Below, one piece after another: positions 53,375-64,000 of a stretch of 64,000 bases of DNA. A model generated the notes under the pieces. The model searched no databases. It was given only the letters and a program-made list of their open reading frames with translations, and was not told the DNA's origin. The stretch is from NCBI RefSeq assembly GCF_001194135.2, contig NC_068995.1, positions 55,023,630-55,087,629 on the forward strand. Direction: 5' to 3'. The position numbers were made by a program, and so were the translations under genes. The stretch is from Octopus bimaculoides. Taxonomy: Eukaryota. Numbering within the stretch: the first letter of the stretch is position 1; each line of letters begins with the position of its first letter.

Positions 53375-53460
53375 AATTTATACATTTTTTTTATCGTTCC
53401 GGGGAATGAAAAAATGCAAACTTGACATCAGCGGGATTTGAAGCGCAAAGAACTTGGTAC
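53375..53460 (-). mobile_element. Diverged SINE family A fragment
   Basis: Minus strand TTCAAATCCCGCTGATGTCAAGTTTGCATTTTTTCATTCCCCGGAACGATAAA. Confidence 0.5.
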
Positions 53461-54559
53461 AAATAACGTATGTTGTTATATTTGACTGGCAAACTATGCT
53501 GACAATTCCCCCTCTGTGACCCCATAAGACACATACCAATATGAGTGTATGATTCAGTAAGAGTTTTACAGTTCAATATTAGAGTGTTTTACGCTAAAGG
53601 CCAAGATCTATTCAAATTTGATAAATGTTAATCAAACTAACTATGAATAAATAGGAAAATATATAATATCATGAATGAGCAATGGAAATAACAGTATACA
53701 ATATCCATTATGGCAATTAGAATATGCCATAACATGTATACTCCGGACACATGAAATACTTGTAATTAAGATTCAATCTTGTTACAGAGATTTCAAACTT
53801 CATACTATAGGAAGTCATTTTTTTTTTGTTTGTTTGTTTATTTACCAGCAAATGTTATCTCATACCAGCGCCGCCGAACATTTATAATTTAACTTTCACT
53901 CAATGTAGGCCAACTGTCATATATTTAAGAATTAATGGACAGTGCAAATGAAAGCCATTGCACCCACTTCTTTAAACTACACTCACACATACACAGACAC
54001 ACATGCACGCACACTCATACGCCCACACATATACACACACACATATTATTAACTACATATATTTAATGTTTATGTTTGTCCATGAGTCCGAGGTGCTTTA
54101 ACATTCGGCGCTCTGAGAGTGTATATACTCCACCATGCTAGCGGAAAATACACGCAGTATATATATTAACTATATATAATGGGCCGTCCATTTGCCTTTA
54201 GCACACGATGTAATATACAAAAGGTGAATGACATATGTTGCTGCTACATATTGGAACTTTACAAGTATCTTTGGTGCTCTATGAGAATTCTATTTCGGAA
54301 TGAAAAATGATTTTTTTTTCTTTAATTCTGTCTATTCTGACTTGTTACATTATGCCTTGAGACACATAAAAATAAATATCTAAACCAACCTTCCAACAGA
54401 TAAGCAAGTAGACGTTTATGTCTAATTCACCCTTGCCAAAAATATTCTGATATAAAGCATCTCCAGGTTCTCTCTTCTACTACGATTGATGTTTCTTATT
54501 TCTGAAACTTGAAATCATTTTAATTCCATTCGAATTTAAACTCATAAATGCGAATTTGT

Positions 54560-54645
54560 TTAAGGATCTTGCTTTTTAATCACATGGTTTGGGGTTCATT
54601 TCCACAGAGTTGCAACCTAACCAAGTGTCTTCTGCCATAGCGCCA
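54560..54645 (+). mobile_element. tRNA-derived SINE family C fragment
   Basis: CTTGCTTTTTAATCACATGGTTTGGGGTTCA...CAAGTGTCTTCTGCCATAGC. Confidence 0.55.
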
Positions 54646-55039
54646 AATAATTTTATGTCTAAACGATTAGGCATCGGTGGAGGTGTTGAAAAGTAGCTTA
54701 TCAGATTGCCAGGACGTCTGAATATTTTCCTTACACCAAAGACTCAACATATAAAATGGTTGTCACATTAAACATTAACGAAATGTACTCAGCCTAACGA
54801 CGTGATCATATTCCGTCAATCCAATTGTATGCTGAATAGATACTAATGTGAGCCATATTCTCTACATGAAATCAAGTGAATTTTCGAACACCAAGCAGAA
54901 GCAAAACAGTTGCTGAATAGCACCCACGTCTTTCTATTCCACGAAACGCTTGAAAATTCCCCATTGCATTTTCACCTTCTATTCTCTATGTTTCTATCCG
55001 TATAGAATAACATAAATTTACTTCCTATTTAAGTGCGTG

Positions 55040-55072
<33 letters not shown>

Positions 55073-55163
55073 CATCATTAATCATACATCATATATTATA
55101 ATTAGAAAATGCTCCACAGAGATCAATCACAAGACAAATAGATGATATGAGATGTTTTATCCA

Positions 55164-55575
55164 TTGGGATGAACTCACAAAGCTCACGGTTTACTCCCCT
55201 GAACGCCACCGTAAGCGCTATATCATCTGTAGGATGTAGAAAATATTCCATCAACATCGCCAAATGATATAGGCATCATCTTTAAAATTCACCCGAGGCT
55301 TCTGTCCATTACAGAAATGATGTTCGTGTTGTACGACAACACTACGATGGAACTATTTCACCTCAACTGGCCCTGCTCTCTTCAACATTATGCATGACTA
55401 TATAACGGAGGAAATTGATTTCACAGCATTCAAACGGTCCCTAGATGTTTACCCCCAACAAATACCAGACAAACCACTCACTACCGGATATGTCTCTGAA
55501 AGCAATAATTCTTTGCTCGAATGGGCTATGGTGCCCAACAGCTCACTGTGTATCCCTTCCAGGTGGTGCTATTAA
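55164..55575 (+). mobile_element. CR1-like LINE 3' end (5'-truncated, decayed)
   Basis: WDELTKLTVYSPERHRKRYII..*KIFHQ..NDIGIIFKIHPRL...NYFTSTGPALFNIMHDYITEEIDFTAFKRSLDVYPQQIPDKPLTTGYVSESNNSLLEW, matching the Y..RL..L.LYSLERRR.RY...GP.LFN...FKR.LD.FL..IPD.P...GY....NSL tail. Confidence 0.85.
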
Positions 55576-58244
55576 ATTAGACATGGCGTGGGACAACTTC
55601 GACCGAAACTTAACTAAGTAATGTAAGTAATCTCAATATATTCTGATTTCCTTTAAATCAGACTTGTAATGCATAATACTTTGTATGATGTCACACTCAA
55701 CTTGTGTAGGATTTGTTTGCAGGTATCTTAGCGTCATTTACTTCTTTTGACAGGATGATTAGCCACTACCACAGCATTGCATATGATATATTTTATAAGA
55801 AATTATTTATTCTTGTTTAGAGGATACATCAGCTACGTTGGACAGTTGTCTACAAATATTAACTCAATAATTTAGTGTGCCAATGTGAGTTTGTATATGC
55901 GTTTATTATTGCTCATTTTTGTGAATTCTGGTCTTGATTGTGCTTATATTCACAATGTGAAGAAAATTATGATAGGAAATATATTCCAAACGTTTCACTT
56001 CTTAATGAACTGATAATAATGTTAATGTGATTATCTTACTGATTAACTCGGCTCATGTTCGTTATGTTCCAAAGGATTTCAAATTATGTTTTATAGCATG
56101 TTAAATTGCGTACAAGGTCCATCTCATAAAATACAACCAATTTGTCTGTTGGATAGCCAAAATGTCGGACAGACTAAAATATAGCAAAATATTGGTTGGA
56201 AATGTTGTTAAAGTTAACTGTCCATGCAAGTAATACGATAATTTCTGCAGACCACAATATTTAGAATGGCATATTGATTTATTTTTCACATACTTGATTT
56301 GAGTTATATTTCTGTTGTCCATGTGACAAATAACATCGTCTAGATTTGGAATTACTTTCAAGTCAGTAGGAAATTTATCCTCCCGCGGGACACCTTTAGC
56401 ATTTTTATAAAGAAATTATAGTCTTTCCATATTTGTAGTGAGCTGCATTTAAATGAGAGAGACCATATCTCGTAAATACCTTCATTGTATTAAGTCAACG
56501 ATATATAACATGTTTGAACAGCCGTATAATCATCCTTGAGAGGTAAAGCGTAGTAAAATTTATTGTACATAAGGTTAGAGAATATAACAGAGTTATCATT
56601 GCAAATTCTTTCTCATTAATAAATCTTACAGAATTGTTTATCCTATCCAATCATAAATCGTTATAAAAATTAAGGTGTATGGATTGAATACATCGCTCCA
56701 CTGTAAACTTGCAGATATAGAATAACGTTCTGCGTATTCGAGATACCATGAACCAATGATAGCATACATTCAAATAAAAATAATAATAATAATGTATAAT
56801 TAATGTAACAAATACACGCAATACGCCACCTTCAAATGTCGAATAATGCGCAATATACTTTATATACCTACATACATGAATATATGTGTGTGTGTCGATA
56901 GCCACCTGGAAAAGATGTTTTCCTAGGGCTACAAGAATGGTAACATCGTCTTTTATAGGACGTAAACGCATGGAAATTATTATTGTCAAGATGAGCTGCG
57001 CAGCTTTCGACATATATAATTTAGTAAGAAGCTTTCGAAACACCTCGAAACCTAACTATTCCAACAGCTCGTTTGTTTCACATATGTTTAAATAATATCA
57101 CTTTCTATAATCTATAGAGATGCAACGTACTAAACAATATCCAAGCATTATAAGATTTGTCAAAGAAATCTTTGGTGATAGTAAGTTATTGCCAGGTGTA
57201 TCATCATAATTTCTTTTTGCAGAATCTTTTTTAAATGGTCAGTTATGAATTTCTCACACGACCTGGTATGAAAAAGACCTTGCCAAGTACATGTGGCATA
57301 CGCAGTGAGGAGACTCTTTCTGAATAATCATGCCTAACTTCATTTCATTTAAATGATGTAACAAAAACTATGGTATTTCGCACTGTGCTGCTCATCACTC
57401 ACTGAATACGTATATTTGATTCTGGTTAGTCATGTACGAGCATCTATTCAGAGTAGGGGAATAGCTGATATTCACAGTATGTCTAATAAGTTATCTTTGT
57501 GATAACAGTGTAACGAGAACAGGGAAAATCACACGGAGATGATAATTTTCTCCAAATGAAAATATCGACCCAAACAAATACAGTATTTCAAAACGAATAG
57601 AATTGTCAATATATTGGTAACATGACTTAATCGACTTAATCAATAGGATATTCTTAATGAAATAACACTTAGCGGAGGTGATTGTGAAATGTCAAGGTTG
57701 CTAGCTTTATATAAATTTAAACTTGTGTCAGAATGCACTGAATGCGATCATAAAGGTTGGTATTTAACAGAATAAGAAACAGAAGTTTTAAAGAAATATC
57801 CTAAAAATAATGATAAAGTCTGTATAACATTTTAAGGACGCAGAGTCTAACCTGTGGGGTTAGTCAAATGAGACATAGGAACAATAGGAAAACAGTGAAA
57901 CTCAATTAAATGCTCAATTATGATTTTATCATATTTTATGTTTGATTCTCTTATTATAAAAAGAGATGTTGCTGCAAAATGTATCGATGCCACAGCAAAA
58001 GTTATGGTTATGTCATGAACTTTATCAGCTTACTACTGTTTCTGGGGTTGAGGTACTCAACTGTGATTTCACTGCATTTTACAACAGAAACAATTGTAAG
58101 GTAATGAAATTTATAAGATATCCATCGTTTTTCTTGTGTCAGCTCTTTTTCATATTACCCCTCTACACTCGTTTAACACTTTGTTCTGAAACGTATATTG
58201 TGTTCTACACCAGTTTATTAGTATCACAATGCGTAAGTGAAATC

Positions 58245-58303
<59 letters not shown>

Positions 58304-60346
58304 CATGTATGTCTTGTTGAGAATATACTTGTGTATTATGGCAACAGTATACAGCATTTCACAAGTAAATTTTCAGAGATATTCACTTATAATGAAAAAA
58401 ATATGCATGTAATCTGTTTCACACCGTATAGAAAAAGTAAATATATCGAAAGGTAACTCAATATGAAAGCAATGAATTTTACATAAACGTAATATAGAAA
58501 TCTAAAATTCAAGTGAAATTTAATTTCTACTTTTATATTGAACAAAAAGAGAAACACATACAAACATTCACACAAAACAACTTTCCAATTTGTAATTTGT
58601 TTTTATCCTAAAATATATTTTAGCAACGTAATATATTTAATATTTTTCTAGCAACAATTGTATAAAGCCTATTTTTGCATGTATCTCCTGTATGTAACAC
58701 GTTCTTATATTAACATAGAAAAATATTTCTTCCCTGATCGAAAGATATCTTCAGACTTTATTTCTATAAAGCCTCACATGAATTATATTATCGCGTACAC
58801 GTTGAAATATAAATTGTAATGAAAACATAGAAATGAGTATATTGAAAAAGCATTATCTCATAAGAAATTGAAAAGGGCTAAATGTAGGATCAATAAAGGA
58901 TATTATGATTCGAGCAAACACCGATAATAGCGTTCTTTAATTCGTCAAGCGTCCTCAATACATGCCTTTTTATGTTTATGTTATATGAAGAGTGGAATAT
59001 CTAACGATTCAGAGAGGGTATTTCTTCGGAATAATGTTGAAAGGAAAAAAAAACATAAGAGTTTTATATCCCTTACAACTGCAAAGCTGTCTAATGAGAA
59101 ACTCAGACTAAATCAGCTGAAGACGTAGTCAGGCAGGAGTTGCGGAGCGAAACATGGTAATAAATATAACTATAACTTCAAGGGTAGAAATATTGACTGA
59201 AAATTGTGCAGGTTATTCCTAAACTGGTTTATATAAGCGAATCTGCCTAAACTGTAAAAAGGTGCAGCAAAACGTTAAGCTACTGAAAGTACTTCATGAG
59301 CAACAGAAATGTTGATATTTTCGTCCATTCAGCAATTACATTTATAATCCTTTCGATGATATTACGAATAAAGAATTCTGTACGTGACTAAGTATTATTA
59401 GATATATAACCAATACTTTAACTGTTATGGAGAAACTATTATAGACTAACTCTTTCTTGATTTGTAATTATTTAATTGAGTCCGTGAAGTTGTAAAAGAA
59501 AAAGAAAATTGCTGAATAGAAATTGAAATTTGAAGAAAAAAAATGCATGTGAAGAGAGATAAATAAATGTACTACAAATACTGGAAGGAAACAGCTTCTT
59601 CCACAGTTAATCTAATAAACAACATAACATGATTTGTTCATGTAATTTTACACGTAGTGTTCAAACAAAAACCATTAGATATATTTTGAATATATTCGGT
59701 AATATTGACTCTACATAGCGTTTAAATGTATCTGTTGCAGTTACAGAGGAATAGCTTTAAGCAAATATTTCAGTATATTCGTGATAAAGATATTGAATTA
59801 TGTACAAACAGCAGATACATATTAACTTGTTTAATTGCTGATCATTCACAATGATATACATAAACTTGGTATGTTTCCAAGCAATTGTAGTATAACATAT
59901 ATAAATATATATGATGTAATAGGGAATATAGTATTTATTTGGTAGCGTTCCCATTTTACGATTGAAATATGGAATCTTTGGGATTAAACATGACAGGTGC
60001 ATTGTCGCATGATAACAGTTCAAACAAGTGTAATTAATTAATTTTCATAATTATTCAAGCCATATCATTACCCATGGGAGATACGAGGCAGCATATGTAA
60101 TTATTATTTTCAAGTACATATACAAAGCGTAGATAACGCACACGCCCCAATACAAATGCAACAATGTCATAAACACTTATGTCTGCGTATATTTGCATTT
60201 ATTCCTCCACAAATATTGAAACATTTTGACTCACAAAAAATTATGGAAAAAGTGTTTTGTTTGGAGTTACTTATGATGAAGATGAACGTGATAACCACGT
60301 GGGTGTTACGATGATGATGATATGTTTGCTTCGATGAGGATATGTA

Positions 60347-60985
60347 TTAGGTTGTCAAGAAAGTTCTCGCACATATCTCGGCTCAAACAAAACTTTATTA
60401 ATCGAAATAAACACCATCAGAATCAACACACTTTTGCTAACGCGAAACAAGTTTATTTATGCCACTAGCGTAAAAATCCTACGTTTGGTGGCGATGAAAT
60501 CGTTAAAGGCGTGTTTAGCATCGTCTTAGTTTTTGAAGCATTTCTAACGCAAAATGTTGTCGAGATGCTTCAAAAAGTGGTAGTCGGTAGGCGAGAGGTC
60601 TGGTGAGTATGGCAAATGAGGTAGAATTTCGTAGCCCAATTTGTTCAACTTCTGCAGTCTCAATTGTGCAACGTGCGGCCGAGCGTTGCCGTGGAGAAGA
60701 ATTAGTCCTTTTCAATTGACGAATGCTGGCTTTTGTTGTCGGAGTTTCTTATGCATTTCATCCATTTGCTAACAGTACTTCTCCGCTGTAATGGTTTCAC
60801 CTCGATCCAAAAAGCTGTGATGGATGAGACCGGCCACAGACCACCAAACAGTCACCATGACCTTTTGGTGCAACTTTGGTTTCGGGAAGTGCCGTGGAGC
60901 TTCGTCGGCCTCCAACCACTGAGCTGAGTGTGGCCTGTTATCGTAAAGAATCCATTTTTCATCGCAAGTCACAGAGCTAAAAAAT
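60347..60985 (-). mobile_element. Hsmar1-like (cecropia-subfamily) mariner: C-terminal half plus right TIR
   Basis: VTCDEKWILYDNR..SAQWL...APRHFPKPKLH.KVMVTVWW...LLHGNARPHVAQ...GYEILPHLPYSPDLSPTDYH...DFYASGINKLVSR*QKCVDSDGVYFD*. TIR TTAGGTTG.. next to TA at 60345. The second Asp is mutated to Gly; there are several stops and a frameshift. Confidence 0.92.
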
Positions 60986-61129
60986 CTGTTTTATGGATTT
61001 TCGATCCGGCTTTCGCTGCCTTGCTGCGTTTGCCTACAATGAGGAGTTTTTGATGCAACACCGATACTGATGAAATTCCTTCACTCGATATAACTTTTTA
61101 TGGCACCTAGTATATCTATTGATTCATTT

Positions 61130-61885
61130 GGTTCATGGTCCTGAATGAGCTGGGACTCTGTTGTGCCTTTTTAAGTCGTGGAAATGCAGGGCTGCTTCGT
61201 CTTGAGGTCGTATCTGTAGACACGACTCTCGTCACCGTTGATCATCCTCGACTTAAAGAAGAGATCATCAGCTGCAGGCTGACGGAAATCTAGACAGGCT
61301 TCGACTGGATATTTATTCTGTCTAGTTGCCAAAAATGGAGGACGATCTTTTCAGAGAGACGCCACATAATCAATTCAAATTATCTATACGAACTTATACG
61401 ACAGACCAACGACATCAGAAATGTCCATTGATGTCCACCAACGATCATCATGCACACGCTGATGAATTTTCTCCACATTTCCAAGCATGATGTTCGTGGT
61501 AGGTTTTCCAGATCGCTCATTGTCATCTAGGGGAGTTCTTCCACATTTCAAGGGACTGTGCTGCTCGAAACATTGCGTACGAGCCATTGCCGCATTGTTG
61601 TAAGCTTACCGAAACACGCTAAATGTATGTGTAGACTTCCCAAGTGTAAAGCAAAAGTTCACGTAAGATCTTTGGTCCACCTTCTTGTCGGTGACCATAT
61701 CGCAAACTACAAAATATGTGCGATCACAATATACACAAATTTCACAACTTGCTAATTAAACACAGCAATGCCACTTGGTACATTGCTGCATAAATGTCAC
61801 CGCTAGGTCTCACTGTGCATGCAACTGTGTGCTGCCATCTGTTGGCGCACTACAGAACAACTCCGGAAAACTTCCGGAAATAAAA
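61130..61885 (-). mobile_element. Second mariner family: 5' end and N-terminal half of transposase (decayed)
   Basis: ATG 61698: MVTDKKVDQRSYVNFCFTLGKS...MARTQCFE...GRTPLDDNERSGKP...VGLSY / ...INGDESRVYRYDLKTKQ. Confidence 0.85.
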
Positions 61886-62132
61886 GAAAACTGCAAACTC
61901 CTAACACGAAATGAATTGTGCAATACATTTACATTTTGTCTGCTTAATCTTGAATCTTGTGGTGTGGAAAAGACAACGGAAAGCTTTAAATGTTCATTGC
62001 AGCACTACAAACGTTTTCTTTTTTATTTAAGATAAAAGGAGTGAATTAAATTTGGAGATTGGACCACTGAATTACAGGAAATGATATCTCTCTACGTTCT
62101 TAAATTATTTTGTCTACCTCTGCAATATTTTA

Positions 62133-62375
62133 TTGCGTTGGTACGTAATTATTGCGGCTTTTTTTTAACAAATTTTATGCAACAAAAACATGTAACAAAA
62201 ACATCTTTAAATGATTATTACATAGCATATTCACCATCTACTTCCATTACTACTTCCCTGTTGCTTGGTAGACGGTCAGACCGTAATTTACGGAAGTTTT
62301 TGTTAAATAATGTTATTGTCTTTGTTGAATAAAATTTGTTGAACGAAAAGCCGCAATAATTATGCACCAACCCAA
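62133..62375. mobile_element. Mariner-type MITE (243 bp) with TA target-site duplication
   Basis: TIRs TTG(C/G)GTTGGT(A/G)C(G/A)TAATTATTGCGGCTTTT; TA at 62131-62132 and 62376-62377; imperfect inverted arms extend about 65 bp; no ORF. Confidence 0.9.
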
Positions 62376-62648
62376 TACTATTGATGTTCATAAGGAAATG
62401 TGATTCAATAAACAGAGACATAATCAATTGAATCATCTTTATTTAGACATTTGTTTCATTTGTGATAGAGAGGACGTTTCAGGCAACATTATCAGAGGGC
62501 GTAAAGTAATATTGTTAGCATCAAATGGGTCCTATTGAGTATGTAACGTGATAAGATTAATTATTGTGCTATTAATTTAGAGAAATATATTAAATATTAA
62601 AACAATGAAGAACAGAAAGAAAAAGAAGCATTAGTTATAGAACAAACA

Positions 62649-62726
62649 TTAAATTTGGGTCAACGACTTTACACACAACACCACTGAGGGGTGGTGCTGT
62701 GCGTAAAGTCGTTGACCCAAATTTAA
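62649..62726. repeat. 78-bp near-perfect inverted repeat (hairpin)
   Basis: 24-bp perfect outer stem TTAAATTTGGGTCAACGACTTTAC, 12-bp inner stem with 2 mismatches, 6-nt loop. Confidence 0.95.
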
Positions 62727-62921
62727 ATATAGATATATCTGTGTGCAATTGTGTGTATGTGTGTGCGTCCATGTGTGTGTGTGCGTCTTTCAACGTCTTG
62801 CTAGCCTGGACGAGGCTCACGTTGTTACGAAATACAATAATATGTATTTTAGTACACGATTTCAAATCAGGAATGTGGTAAGCAAATGCATAAAAGGAAA
62901 TATGTATTTTTGAATTACATT

Positions 62922-62975
62922 CAGTGTGTTTTCTGAGAAAACACACTGGGAAAACACACTGGGTAAACACACTGG
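62922..62975. repeat. 27-bp palindrome whose right arm is tandemly triplicated (13-bp unit)
   Basis: CAGTGTGTTTTCT-G-AGAAAACACACTG; G(A/T)AAACACACTGG at 62937, 62950 and 62963. Confidence 0.9.
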
Positions 62976-63080
62976 GAAATCACGTTTGTTTTTGAGAAAC
63001 TTTATCACTTTTAAATCGAAAAGAAAACCTGAAGCGTTTTGCTAAATGTTTTTGATCAGGAAGAAGCAACATACGCTGTT

Positions 63081-63112
63081 GTCAGATATTTGTCAGATAT
63101 TTGTGAGATATA
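63081..63112. repeat. 11-bp tandem repeat, about 3 copies
   Basis: GTCAGATATTT GTCAGATATTT GTGAGATATA. Confidence 0.85.
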
Positions 63113-64000
63113 CGCGATCATTATTTACTTTTAGAGCTTCATTTATATTTGTCTTATAGACATTAGCTTTTAAACATGTTATCCATCTACAAATACACAG
63201 NNNNNNNNNNNNNNNNNNNNNNNNNNNNNNNNNNNNNNNNNNNNNNNNNNNNNNNNNNNNNNNNNNNNNNNNNNNNNNNNNNNNNNNNNNNNNNNNNNNN
63301 NNNNNNNNNNNNNNNNNNNNNNNNNNNNNNNNNNNNNNNNNNNNNNNNNNNNNNNNNNNNNNNNNNNNNNNNNNNNNNNNNNNNNNNNNNNNNNNNNNNN
63401 NNNNNNNNNNNNNATTTATTGTTTTTAAATTACACTTCCTTTTCCTTTCTTTTTTAATAAACTAGAGGTTGTAATGATGTTCTCCAATTTCCATTTTTCT
63501 TTTAATCTTGTGGGCTTCTTTCTTTGTTTAGTTTGATATGTTGACGAAATGCAAGGCCTATTTAATTTTCGCACTTAGCCTTCCTTCGAAAGATGACTTT
63601 CTTAGAAATCACTTTATATTTTTCATTACAATGAGAAACACTTGTGAATTCTCAAATATTCTTATTGAGCAAAGAGAAATCTGTGAAGTTTCTAATTCAA
63701 TATGCAATGATTTTCAATATTTCTCTCTTTCTATAATTCTTCTGGATGGTGTGCATGTTCTTTAATTTCAGAATATCAAACATCAAATTTACGTGATAAT
63801 TCCAAGTTTTTTTGTTTTTTTTTTCGGAAACAAAAACAGAGAGGGAATAGAAAAAGAGAAAAGTATAAAGTATTACAAAAAGTGCTGTATCTCAACGATT
63901 TTAATGTAACTTTCTGACTGAACTGTGTAGTCAAACTCTTCAATAATAGAAGGAAATTTTAAATCACATTGAGATCGGAAACATGTATTCAACCTGGATA

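Noticed and set aside
56101-56415. ~105-codon minus-strand open frame with LRR-like flavour
   Set aside because: It does not fit LxxLxLxxN spacing, and a few frames this long are expected by chance in 64 kb.
59111-59165. Hammerhead-like CTGAAGA...GAAACATGGTA followed by ATAAA
   Set aside because: The closing pair of stem II is C-C and stem I does not pair; a Penelope-tail relic is possible but unsupported.

Overview
AT-rich, microsatellite-dense animal genomic DNA with 11 N-gaps, most flanked by simple repeats. The repeated SINE family and the Tc1/mariner and LINE remnants are most consistent with an octopod cephalopod draft assembly; this is inferred from recalled repeat families and not verified. 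I could not recognise any host protein-coding gene. The long ORF-track entries are mostly microsatellite or gap artefacts; a few fall within the transposon remnants described here, and the rest are unrecognised. Supportable content: about 16 SINE copies or fragments; decayed non-LTR retroelements (one RLE-type R4/NeSL-like, two RTE, one CR1-like 3' end, one tentative Penelope GIY-YIG); a Gypsy pol tail; one Tc1 remnant, four mariner-derived remnants and a mariner MITE; a tRNA-like relic; minisatellites and many SSRs. Best leads: (1) a hammerhead-ribozyme-like motif at 32243-32303 (-), plus two relics of a Penelope-type hammerhead (40464-40509 +, 51422-51462 -) whose stem II differs by a compensated base pair; (2) a ~890-bp fold-back mariner built from two 5' ends joined at a microhomology; (3) a 78-nt near-perfect hairpin at 62649-62726; (4) a cluster of strong minus-strand splice sites at 18.9-24.5 kb that can be chained into an unrecognised ORF; (5) an Hsmar1-like mariner remnant.
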